A stretch of 64,000 nucleotides of DNA from Penicillus capitatus. Lineage: Eukaryota; Plantae; Chlorophyta. Numbering within the stretch: position 1 is the stretch's first letter; each line of letters starts with the position of its first letter. The notes below the pieces were generated by a model, which searched no databases, had not been told where the DNA came from, and saw only the letters and a program-made list of their open reading frames with translations. Below, one piece after another: positions 1 to 11,389 of this stretch. The stretch is taken from assembly GCA_965649825.1 (NCBI GenBank), contig OZ287703.1, forward strand, positions 372,001 through 436,000, read 5' to 3'. The translations under genes and the position numbers were made by a program.

Positions 1-1277
1 CCCCAGTCCTCGTCGATGTCTTCGTCGCTGTCAACCTTGTCCACAAGTTTCTCTGTTTTCTAATCACAGTATATCTCACACAAATGACATGAGATTAGAC
101 TGAGTGACTTGAGAGGATGCTTGCTGAGCGGTGCCCTCAGGTACAGCGTCGACAACCGACCAGTCGCTGTCATCTTTTTCGGCTGAGGTACGATTCTGAT
201 GTTCGCTGGCATCGTTGATGTGACGTTTTTCGGATTCTGGATCCCTTAAGGTTGTCTCGTCTTCCTCCTGATCTAACCGTTATGCAAAAGAGTGAGAAAG
301 CGTGATGTTTGCCTTCGGTTTTGATGGACTGGGATCTTCATCCCACGGAAGGTGTGATTCCTCCTCCTCGTGCATACGAAGCGTCCTCTCTGCCAACTGT
401 TGTCTTTGATCGTGTGTTTCCTTCAGTTTGTGCAAACTAGTATCCAGACACACCTCGTTCTCACTCTTTTTCGTCATGCCATGTATACCGGTAGAAATAA
501 CGCGTCCAAAATACATCGTTTTCCACCACGACAGGCACGATTCTCTTGTGAAGCTCTGCCATGAACGCATTCTCTTTTACGAGATTCTGAATGTCCTCTT
601 CCTTTTCTTCGACAGAAAACGTTTCTTTCCATTCTCGAAAGTCTTCTGTGTCTTCCGGCGCATCACAGTAAGTACTACTGTTTCGCTGCATCGCCGCTAC
701 CTGATCAGCCATTCCATTCTCAGATACACCACGCGCGCTTTCATATATGCAGAACAGTAATCTTTCGACGCCCACCTCTGCCTCAAATCGACTGAATTTG
801 AGCTGACCAGGCGATCGCTGCGAATCGTGCTTGATTCCTCTCGACATGGTATGCAGTCCCATCTCTGCTTCGATCACTCCAACAGACTACACTGGTCACT
901 CAGAGTTCTGAGTGCGTGCGATGACAGACGGCTACCTGATCGAAGAGCTCTTTGGTCCCAACAGCTAGTTGGTGTATACCACTTCCCACGCGTTGCCGCA
1001 TCGAAGCCATTCCCGGCAGAACGTGACTGGCCTGGCAGACCATCTCAGTCTATGATGCCATGCTCGGGCAATCGACCTTCTCGGGAAGACCTTCGATCGA
1101 ACGGATAGCCTCCGATGTCTCATCCTGCACAGCTCTGCCGAAATTCACGAGCTCCTTCGTCCAGTCCGTTGTCACAAAAGACGAAACGATATCGTCGACG
1201 TCTTCCCGCACAGACGATAGCACCGACGACGCCACATCCACGAAACGCGACTGGGAAGAACGACTACACATCGGCAT
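1..1277 (-). CDS. BSD domain-containing protein (multi-exon, 3' end runs off the window)
   Basis: Exon 461-877 has a BSD-like core (FSVEEKEEDIQNLVKENAFMAELHKRIVPVVVENDVFWTRYFYR). Spliced downstream exons give an acidic tail ending DSDEDIDEDWG at the window edge. Start codon uncertain. Confidence 0.75.
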
Positions 1278-1484
1278 GTCTCACCAGGCGATGGTAATTG
1301 TTAGCCTTCACTTACGCTTCTTTCTCGTCTTCTTCCGTCTCCTCTTTCCCGTCAGTTTCCTTCGGACCATCATGGTACCCTCAAGAAGCAGTACGCGGCT
1401 ATGGGAAGCGCACTTTGCCTGTCAGGGAGGCGATGAAATCCGAAAACATCGACATAATGCGTTTGGCAATATTAACGTTGTGAG

Positions 1485-2747
1485 ATGATGGACAGTGGTG
1501 TTAGCCGGGATTCTCGCGTAAACAAGCCATGGGTTGAGAAATAGTGAGCGACGCCGTGCATATGCGTTTGTTTCGATCGGGAGGCTGTCGTTGCAGTCGG
1601 CCAAAGGAGCTCGAAGATGTCGTGCATCAGACAAGCGCCGTGTCGATGCTGCGCGCCGCTTTGGAATCGCAATCGGTAAAGTCTCGCAAACAAGCGATGA
1701 CGTCGACCGCATCTGGATGCTTGTAGTTACCACACATGTTGTTCTATGGACCGCCTGGAACGGGCAAGACGACGGTGGCTCTGATCATCGCCCGACGTCT
1801 TTTCGGATCGACAGTTGGCGATCGCGTTCTCGAACTCAACGCGAGTGATGATCGCGGAATCGATGTCGTTCGGCACAAAATTAAAGCCCATGCGGCACGG
1901 GATGTTCAGGCATCGAGCACAGCACCCGCTTATCGATTGATTATCCTGGACGAGGCGGATTGCATGACCTCAGTAGGTCACATCATTGCCCTAACTCACT
2001 CAAATTCGCTATCTGCTGCATAGGATGCACAGAAAGCCCTGTTGCGAACAATGGAGGTCTACTCCAGTCACACACGCTTCATTGTGATTTGCAACTATGT
2101 GAGTCGGCTGATTGGGCCTCTGGTATCGCGATGTGCTCGGATCCGTTTCCAAACATTGCCGGACAAAGCTATGAGCGAGCGTATTGGCTGTATCTGCGAC
2201 GCCGAGGATCTGCATTTGGAGGGTGACAGCATGGAAGCATTGATCAGAGTTTCGGGAGGAGATCTGCGCCGTGCCATCATGCTCCTGCAAAGTGCCGTGA
2301 ACTTCAGCGGACCGCAGATTCAACTGTGACATCGTCTGCTCGATGCATCAACATCAAATGCGGTTTTTGTTCAAGGGCGACGATTCTGGACGTCGCAGGC
2401 TTTGTCCCCAACGATGTGATCGACAACTTCGAAGCCCTCAGCAAAACAGGCATGATCAATAGCCACACTGCCATTGTAGAGGCGATAAGAAACGGATACT
2501 CGGCACGGCAGATTCTCATGCAGTTTTCAGACCGTCTGCTGCGTAGCAAAGAGTACGACCAAGTTCAGAAGGTAGGAGGGACGTCGATACAGAGATCGAA
2601 TGTTGTGACGTCTCTTTCCAGGCCGAGATCTTCGAGGCCATGGCAGAAGTCGATGGAAACCTGAGTGATGGAGCTAGCGAAGTGTTTCAACTTCTGTTGG
2701 TCGGATCGGCCATTAAAAAAACCGTCAGCGACCGTATGGAGTTCTGA
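1485..2747 (+). CDS. RFC4: Replication factor C small subunit (RFC4/yeast RFC2-like), 6 exons
   Basis: Spliced protein has PWVEKYRP, Walker [20 protein letters not shown], Walker B IILDEAD, the SRC arginine finger and GDLRRAI. Five GT-AG introns of about 50 nt join the frames. Confidence 0.9.
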
Positions 2748-2949
2748 TGCCGGCCCTTGTCTCACTGCATGTGGTCTGAGACGCAGTGTCCATGACAACG
2801 ATACAGGTTGCAGTCTTATCTGTACATGTGTGCCGGCACATCGTGCCACAGTACAGTGTATTCAAGACACATGTTTGATTCTACGAACAGCACAACTGTT
2901 CACCATTGCACCGTCATCGGGCCGATCAGAACAAAAAAAACAAGACACA

Positions 2950-4213
2950 TCAACGCTTCTGCGTGCGTCTGAAGACATTAATCTTCTGAATGACCGTATT
3001 CGTCTTCGGCGCCGGAGGAACGGCAGTGGGATCGATGCGATCTGCCGGTTTGACAACGTAATCCCTTTCCGGCTGCGGGCGCATCACGCTGTACCTAATG
3101 CAACACATCAGCGTCCACCCCCCCCCCTCGCGGATGCATGCAGAGCTCGCACCTGAAGTCTGGATGTCCTGGCTTCAAGCCTTTCTTCTTCTCTGCTTCT
3201 TTCTTGTCGTGCGTCGCCCGACGACGCCGTGCAGCAAGAGCTTCCTGCATGCGCCCTGGTTCGTCGTAGCGCCGTGCTTCCTCAAAGATCGGCCGTGACC
3301 ATCGTTGCACAAGCTCGTTCGCCATCCGTCGATTCTCCTGCGTCTCATCGTTGATTCGACTACCGCACACCATGTTTCGGCCACAAAGCACCACTCAGAC
3401 GGGTTTCACCTCAGGAACATCACACGACTTCCGATCTTCGACATTTTGAGATTCGTTCGATCTGTCACATCGGCTGTGTCGATCGGAAGCTTCTGCAGAA
3501 TGCGGAGCACTGTGGTGCGGATCTTTATGTTTGGCAGTGTTCCGTCTGACAGGGGTTCGATCCATGACTTCAGGACTCCTAATAGACCTTCGTTTAGCAG
3601 TAATGGTTGTTTGTCTCTGTGTATACAGGCTTCCTCGACCTCGTCCAGCATTTTGAGTTTTTCTATCGCCGGTTCTCCTCTATCGTGACTTTTGATGTCG
3701 TTGAACGCCGCTTGCTCCATTCGTTTGAGCAATCCAGTCACCGAAGGCAACAGCTCGGCAGCACTCAGGAGTGGAAAACAGGGCCTTTTTCGAGGTTTGA
3801 CTCTTGGTTGTTTATCATCATCTATCTCCAGGACATTCTGAGATTCTCTCTGAGACTGGGTCATCTCAAGCGAAGGATGACCTACGGACGGGTAACTTGT
3901 ATGACTTAGCGCACTGTTTTCGCCAGTCAATTTTATGCGCCGCAAGTCAATGCGATACGACTTAGCTTCAGTGATACCGCCAGGCTTAGGGCGTTCACCA
4001 AGGTCGACCGGCTGCACGTCTTGCGTATTCGCGTTGAGTTGGGGTAACTACAGAACACCAACATCGGTAAGGCGTATATGATGGCTGATTCCGAGCCTCG
4101 CGGGACGGCTCGGTCGCCCCTTGGTCGTCATCGAAGTTAACAGTTCGGAAAATGTCTTCGTCCTCCGGAGGCGGTTCGAAATCTTCGCCTTCAGACTGAC
4201 TGCCCGCACCCAT
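2950..4213 (-). CDS. IWS1: IWS1/SPN1 transcription elongation factor (TFIIS N-terminal domain), copy A
   Basis: Contains PAIEKLKMLDEVE, LKSWIEPLSDGTLPNIKIRTTVLRILQKLPI, SKIGSRVMFL, ANELVQRWSRPIF and C-terminal DYVVKP. Three introns; the first (4048-4096) is GC-AG. Confidence 0.85.
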
Positions 4214-4223
4214 TTTGATTCGC

Positions 4224-4304
4224 GTCGATACAAATGAAAAGCGATACGTTGTCGACAAAAATGAAAAGCGCTGCGCTGTCGACAAAAACGAATGGCGATG
4301 CGCC
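4224..4304. repeat. 3 x 27-bp tandem repeat in the IWS1 5' region (copy A)
   Basis: Units gtcgatacaaatgaaaagcgatacgtt / gtcgacaaaaatgaaaagcgctgcgct / gtcgacaaaaacgaatggcgatgcgcc. Confidence 0.85.
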
Positions 4305-4423
4305 GTCCATAAAGGATCGGTCAATCGATTGATCGGATAAATCATCTTGGTCTATCAATCGGTACGATCCTTCGATTTACGTTTCGACGCTTTGGAAGGC
4401 GACTAACAGCGATCTCTGTTCGC

Positions 4424-4621
4424 ATGATGACGGATGCGACAGAGAATCCAAAAGCGCCTCTGCCGTTGATGAAATTCCCCATGAAGTTGAGAGGGAAGAA
4501 AAACGATACCATCATTGGTACAGGAGAGCCACGCAGCTTCGTCCAAGAATCATTGTCGACGGCTCTAGAACTGGCCGATTGTCGCATTCGCATGCAAAAC
4601 GCAAAACAAAACAGATCTTAA
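4424..4621 (+). pseudogene. Truncated TRM1 5' stub fused to unrelated sequence (65-codon chimeric ORF)
   Basis: Begins MMTDATEN, identical to the TRM1 start at 11390, then diverges completely. Confidence 0.5.
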
Positions 4622-7600
4622 ACCCCAAACATCGAAACAAGGTCATTATCCGCCTTTATTTGGCGGATGTGACACCGATGAAGTCACTCCCTGTCATGGC
4701 GCCGCCCATTTCGACAATGATTCCTATTGGTTGCGATGCTGAGCCATCGGACAGGATTTGACAACCTGCAATACATGCCAAAAACGTCAGCAGAGCAAAG
4801 GCGTTACGCTTTTAGTCGTCAAGAAAATTAGGCGACGCGATCCGACTCAATCTTCACGTAATCGCGCTCTCTTAAACCCAAACCTGTCCTAAGATTTTTT
4901 GTTTCCCATCATTATGTTCTCCACCTTATTTGCGTTTTAGAGCGTTATACACAAGGAATGCGCCTTTGCGGCACACTCAGGCAACTTTATGATGATTTGA
5001 TCTTGTTTCACGGCGACGTCGGAATTTGGCCACGTCGCACCTTGGCGACATGTGCTTCGGTACTTCGACTGCACTGGAGTCCAGATTCTGCGATGCTGAG
5101 CGATTGTCACTGTCGCCAAGATTTTCATCTGACGAGGTGACTTCCTCGGTCCGAGGGGGTATCCTTGCCGAAGGCCACTATCTGTCTTTTCACCTGGCCT
5201 TACGGGACCTTTTTCTCTGGTTCTCGTGTGGGGCTGACTCATCCGTCTTTTCAGTGTGGGGAAATTGAGGGACAATTCGCACCACGTCTTAGTTTTTTCC
5301 TGCACATTCTGTAAGGCAAGTTTGGTCATCCTGGACTGTGAAGACGCCGAGCAAGATTTTCAGCGCGCGCTTGTTCCATACCCGCCACTATATCCGACTT
5401 TTCAGGAGAATCTGAACTCGTTCCACCAACGAGAAAAAGCTGAACTCCGTCGGCGGAGCGGAGACCACATCGTACACAACTTCGACTTGTACAGCTCAAG
5501 ACGCAGCTCGGAGGATCAAAGCGTAGACATCGTAATACTCGGACTGGACGACCTGACTTCACCCGGTCCTACGGAAAACCGAAGTTGAGACGGAACAACG
5601 GGCCCAAGGAGAAGACGAATTATCATCTCCACTCATCAAAGAGCCCGGCGACAGTCACGTCGCGCGTTTTTCGTCTTTGGCCCCTCATAGCCAAAATTCC
5701 CTCATTTTGCATCGCTTCAATTTTTTGCAGAGAAATCGGCGTCGTCTGCATCCGGCAAGGCAGTTTTGTAGTCGAATCCAGCGTTGCCATGACCTCGGAA
5801 ACTGTCAAATCTCGTGATTTCTTACTGGCAATTGGCCAGTGCCTAAATGTTCGCGATTGACATCAACGTTTTATAGACGTGCGCATGCCAGCTGTCAGAA
5901 TACGCTTTATGATTGTCATTACTCTGCGGTTGTCGCATCATGTCTGCTTCGTTTTCTTGTGTCCTGGTTTTGAAGAAAGAGCTCGCTGAGGGTTTCTATC
6001 TTCGTCGAGGCACATTTCTCTTGCTCTAAGAGTCGGATGATACGCCTGCCTAGTGAAGTCATGTCACATCTAACGTATAAATCTGTGGATTCGAATCGAT
6101 CAAGACCTTTGATCCGTAAGCTTGTGAGTCTTCCCGCTGAATTGTCTCTCGTGCGCATCGATTCCGTCTAACACCATCGGCCACAAGTGACATGACTTCT
6201 TGAACATCCGCGTCATACGATTCGAACGCGGGAAACCTGCCTTATTTAGGCCAGCCACGTCCAAATACCGACACACTCTTTAGGTGTCATCAAATCTTGC
6301 GTCTTTACGCTAACAGCCTAAACCATCGCAACAAACCCTTCTGTTTTTTATTTCAGGGCACCACCGGTTCTCTCTAGTGGACGCGCGTGTCAATCATATT
6401 GCAATTGAAGATCGATGGAGAAGATATGCGTCGAATGTCTTTGTTCTGAAAAGTCACGGTAGCCCCTTTATCCCAAGTTTGGACTACAACAACAATGCAC
6501 ATCTTCTGGTCTATGGACGCAAGGAAATGTTAGTGGGCGCTAGAAAAAGAGAAGGATCCAACCTGATGCTTCATTTGTGAACTGTGTTAGAACCGGCACG
6601 GTTGTTATCAGACTGAATTTACGACTTTCTTAAAAGGTCACCGTCCAACAAAATTAATCAATATCATCTGCGCCTTCACAAAGTACCATAATGTGACAAC
6701 CGAGGAAAAAACGAAAATCCCTTGTTGCTGACTCCAGGGCAACACCAAAGGGGAATCACTAGAGAAGATAAAGTACTTGTCGTTTCCCAGACACGGACGT
6801 CTCCTCGTCCCATGCACGAGATGTAGAAATCTTGTCGTCTGCCGTAGCCATCGGAGACGGTTGGGTCGGTGCGTAACCACCTGGCGCGCCGACCATCGGT
6901 CGCGACAGGTATCAGCCTCTGACCTGGCTGTTAAATAACCATCGGGTGATGGATACGGAACGAGGCCTGAAGTTCACAGCCGTTAAGTATTGAGGTTAAG
7001 GAACCCCAACACCGCGTGTATTTTAAGGAAAGCATTCAGCATGTAGTCAATCTCGAATTCCATATATCTGAAAACTGATTGCTCTCATCGACGTCGTCTG
7101 TGTCCGTATTGACTCTTATTGTTCGTAGTTTGTCACAAGATTCGTGACATCTCATTCGACCGATCAGAAAAGATGGCTCCATTCAGATAGCAACTGATCC
7201 TTCTAGCATTTCGATGTCCAGATGGCAGTTTATTGTCCGTGGAAGGAGCAAATCACCCATATTCATGCATTCAAAATTGCATGCCCGGGAGACTGAGGTC
7301 TCATGGGAGTCATATTTGATTCATGTTTTTGCAATACCAAAAAACAGGAGATATTAGGTCAGTGCTTGACTTTCGGAAGGTTAATTCTTGTGTAGAGTTC
7401 AAGCCTTTCATACTAGTCCATCGTTTTAATGGCAGGCATGTATCTGCATAAGATTGGGCCAGTTGTGGATGTCGGCAATGCATACTTTTAGGTTTTCCTA
7501 GCAAATGATCTGTGCAAGCTCTTCGGTATGAATGTCGGTGTCCGTTTTTTGTCTGCCAAAGGCTGCTATTCGGCTATCACAATAGTCCTTGTGAGTTTTT

Positions 7601-7779
7601 CCGGGTAATGCATCCAGCCGTACGGAAGATCAAAGAAAAAAAACCTCTCGATTCTTAGTAGTCTATATTTTTTCGCTATGGATTTCTACAGTTGCATGCG
7701 CTTAATTAGCATATCAGCAACCCGACGCCCATTGTCAATTCATCGTTCAATCGTTCAATTAGATGATTCGTGCTTCCAT

Positions 7780-9260
7780 CCGTCGCTTCACATGTCTCAC
7801 AGCGTCTGCGACGATTAGTAGTCTATATGGACGATGTCTTGTAGCTCGGAGGGTCAAAATAGAGCAGCTTCATAACCTAGAGACAGCGTTTGCAATCTTG
7901 GAGGCACGGGGATGGCGAGTAAGGCCAGACAAGCGTCAGTTTCTACGAAACCTTCGAAGTTTTGGCTGTTTTATCTCCTCTGATGGTTGGCGGACTTCCA
8001 AGAGTGTCATTAAACGGTTGACAGCACCCCCGCTGTCCAAAAATCGCAAGCCTTGACACTCGGTCAGAGAAAAGTTTCAGCAACCATAGTTGGTCCGATT
8101 CATCCCCAAAGGTCGCCAAATGCAAGACTAGTTGGCCAAGGTAGAACGCTCCGGAAATGGAAGTGATTGGCATGAATTCTTGAGAAGTCTAGAAGAACAA
8201 ACGACGGAACACGCACATGCCTTTGAGAGAGATGTTTTTGCCAGTACAGATGATTCCAGTCAAGCAGGGGGCAAATGCCTTCTTCAGAAGGGGAAGACTG
8301 TTCGCTGCGCGTCTGGCCTGTGCCAAGGTCCCTTCAGCATCAATTATCTAATTATGTAGAGAGGGAAGCTATTGTCAAGGCACTCTGAACTTTTAGACCA
8401 TGGACGTTTAGGACGTAAGTGACAGTGTTTTTGGACAAGTTGCTATAGTAAGTTCCCAGAATCCAACTGATATAGCTTCGTCAAGAGAGCACTCGACGAG
8501 TTACAAGATAATTATCGAAAGATCCAATTTTTAAAAGGTAAAGCTAATGCACTATCGATTTTCTGTCAAGGCAGTCGTTGCTGTTTGTCTCCGATTGGCT
8601 GCCTGTCCGACAAGAAATACTCAGCTCCCTGCAGCCAGGATAAGGTATTGAACACGAAGGCTTCATACTAGCCCTTGAGAGACACTTCGGTATTGATAGG
8701 ACTAGCTACCTTCAATCAGAAAGGTTTAGACAATAGGTAGCGGACAAGGGCACTGTTGTCATATTAGCAGCCCCTAAACTTAACAACGGATTGTTAGAGA
8801 TAACTAGAATCTCATCGGCCGCATCCGGAGTATGCCACTAGAGAGTAATCATCGCAGTCGGAAGGAAGTGCTGCTTGCGGCTGGGACGGCATTGGATCGA
8901 GCACCACACACAACGACAGGATTCAGTTCCCAGCAGCTGATGATGAGTCGATCCTCGAGACTGAGTTGTCCCGTGGAGATTCTAGCTCAAAGGAGACAGA
9001 TGGTTTTCGGTCGGACGATCAAGGAAAGACGAAAACTGACTCGGGCGTGGGGAGATTGCTCAAAATTCCAGACAATAACAGAAGATCTCGTGTAGCTGTA
9101 TGATGCAGTAAGAATGGCGCGTCTAGACGCAAAGTTTTAACCCTTGTGGGGTTAGTTCCCACGAAGTGGTCGAAGATCAGTCGTTGTACATTTATGTGAC
9201 TCACGAGAAAAATCCGCAGAAAATGTCAATCGTTCATGTGTGCGAGCGATTGCTTAAAGC
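7780..9260 (+). mobile_element. Decayed Ty3/gypsy LTR-retrotransposon pol (RT-RNaseH-integrase)
   Basis: RT: YMDD at 7824-7835 followed by LETAFAILEARGWRVRPDK. RNase H-like: STDDSSQAGGKCLLQKGKTVRCAS and EREAIVKAL. Integrase end: RAPHTTTGFSSQQLMMSR. GPY/F-like: PLW..SHEVVE...IVHV. Many stops and frameshifts; no LTR found. Confidence 0.8.
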
Positions 9261-9349
9261 CCTTCGCCATGAACATTTAGGGCCGAGATACAAAAACAAA
9301 CTCAAGATCAAGATACAAAAATCGAAAGATCCAGGTAGATGCAAACATT

Positions 9350-9746
9350 GAGAGGAAAGTTACTGAACAGGAAAGCAGATGATTGTGAGTTCTTCGTTCT
9401 CTGCCGCTGCTGGCGAAAGAGTTTGGAGCGCGGGTCGAAATGATGGTACGAGGTTGTTGCTTGTCCATGGACAAGCAACGAGGGTCACCGTAAAGTGTGA
9501 GATCGAAGTGTCATTGGAGACGGCTGCTCGCCAGACATTCAAGATGAACTATCGTGTACTACTGCATCCGGGCTGTAATCTGCTTTTGGGACTTGATAGA
9601 TGGCGGAAAAAACAGATGTCAGCACATCCACGTAGTCGCTCGGTGAGCATCACAGGAAGAAAGATCAACAGTTTGTTGGCGCGACCAAAGATGGATAAGT
9701 ACGAAGTGAACGTTTACTGCATGAGGAACTTGGTCGCTTCACCCCA
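9350..9746 (+). mobile_element. Retropepsin (retroelement aspartic protease) fragment
   Basis: Frameshifted LL(D)TG-like site at about 9360-9372 (ttactgaacagga), then TRLLLVHGQATRVTVKCEIEV and the flap-end motif NLLLGLD. Cut off where the duplication begins. Confidence 0.6.
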
Positions 9747-9943
9747 GTCTCACTGCATGTGGCCTGAGACGCAGTGTCCATGACAACGCTACACGTTGCA
9801 GTCTTATCTGTACATGTGTGCCGGCACATCGTGCCACAGTACAGTACAGTACAGTGTATTCAAGACACATGTTTGATTCTACGAACAGCACAACTGTTCA
9901 CCATTGCACCGTCATCGGGCCGATCAGAACAAAAAAAGACACA

Positions 9944-11180
9944 TCAACGCTTCTGCGTGCGTCTGAAGACATTGATCTTCTGAATGACCGTATTCGTCTT
10001 CGGCGCCGGAGGAACTGCAGTGGGATCGATGCGATCTGCCGGTTTGACAACGTAATCCCTTTCCGGCTGCGGGCGCATCACGCTGTACCTAATGCAACAC
10101 ATCAGCGTCCACCCCCCCCCTCGCGGATGCATGAAGTGCTCGCACCTGAAGTCTGGATATCCTGGCTTCAAGCCTTTCTTCTCTGCTTCTTTCTTGTCGT
10201 GCGTCGCCCGACGACGCCGTGCAGCAAGAGCTTCCTGCATGCGCCCTGGTTCGTCGTAGCGTCGTGCTTCCTCAAAGATCGGCCGTGACCATCGTTGCAC
10301 AAGCTCGTTCGCCATCCGTCGATTCTCTTGCGTCTCATCGTTGATTTGACTACCGCACACCATGTTTCGGCAACAAAGCACCACTCAGAGCGGGTTTCAC
10401 CTCAGGAACATCACACGACTTCCGATCTGCGACTCTTTGAGATTCGTTCGATATGTCACATAGGCTGTGTCGATCGGAAGCTTCTGCAGAATGCGAAGCA
10501 CTGTGGTGCGGATCTTTATGGTTGGCAGTGTTCCGTCTGACAGGGGTTCGATCCATGACTTCAGGACTCCTAATAGACCTTCGTTTAGCAGTAATGGTTG
10601 TTTGTCTCTGTGTATACAGGCTTCCTCGACCTCGTCCAGCATTTTGAGTTTTTCTATCGCCGGTTCTCCTCTATCGTGACTTTTGATGTCGTTGAACGCC
10701 GCTTGCTCCATTCGTTTGACCAATCCAGTCACTGAACGCAACAGCTCGGCAGCACTCATTTCTGGAATAATCGAGTTTCTTTTTCGAAGTTTGGTTCTAG
10801 TGTGTTTCTCATCGTCCATCTTCAAAATCTTTCCAGTTTTTCTCTTGGGATGCGTCATCTCTAAGGATGGACGACCTACGGACGATTGCCCGTCAAAGTC
10901 TATGCGACGCAAGTCAATACGATACGACTTGGCTTCTGCAAGACCGTCAGGCTCAGAGCGTTCACCAGAGTCGACCGGCTGCCCGTCTTGCGTATTCTCA
11001 TTGACTTGGGGCAACTATAGTACACCGACATCGGTGAGGCGTATACAATGACCGAAGTCAAGCCTCGCAGGACGGCTCGGTCGCCCCTTGGTCGTCATCG
11101 AAGTTAACAGTTCGGAAAATGTCTTCGTCCTCCGGAGGCTGTTCGAAATTTTCGCATTCAGACTGACTGTCCGCTCCCAT
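9944..11180 (-). CDS. IWS1: IWS1/SPN1 transcription elongation factor, copy B
   Basis: Same motifs and intron positions as copy A; reading frame intact; first intron (11015-11063) is GC-AG. Confidence 0.85.
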
Positions 11181-11190
11181 TTTGATTCGT

Positions 11191-11271
11191 GTCGACAAAA
11201 ATGAAAAGCGATACGTTGTCGATACAAATGAAAAGCGATGCGCTGTCGACAATAACGAATTGCGATGCGCC
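11191..11271. repeat. 3 x 27-bp tandem repeat in the IWS1/TRM1 divergent promoter (copy B)
   Basis: Same unit as 4224-4304. Confidence 0.85.
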
Positions 11272-11389
11272 GTCCATAAAGGATCGGTCAATCGATGATC
11301 GGATAAATCATCTTGGTCTATCAATCGGTACGATTCTTCGATTCACGTTTCGACGCTTTGGAAGGCGACTATCAGCGATCTCTGTTCGC

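Larger units (their letters stand above)
2759..4448. repeat. Segmental duplication, copy A (IWS1 gene + divergent promoter + first 8 codons of TRM1)
   Basis: Aligns by eye to 9747-11414. It starts at gtctcactgcatgtgg and ends at atgatgacggatgcgacagagaatc. Confidence 0.95.

Noticed and set aside
4224-4304. 27-bp repeats as a CRISPR array
   Set aside because: The units are contiguous with no spacers, there are no cas genes, and the context is eukaryotic.
5789-5806. Minus-strand DSFRGH resembling a pogo/Tigger DDE motif
   Set aside because: The expected downstream LQPLD motif is absent; six residues are not enough.
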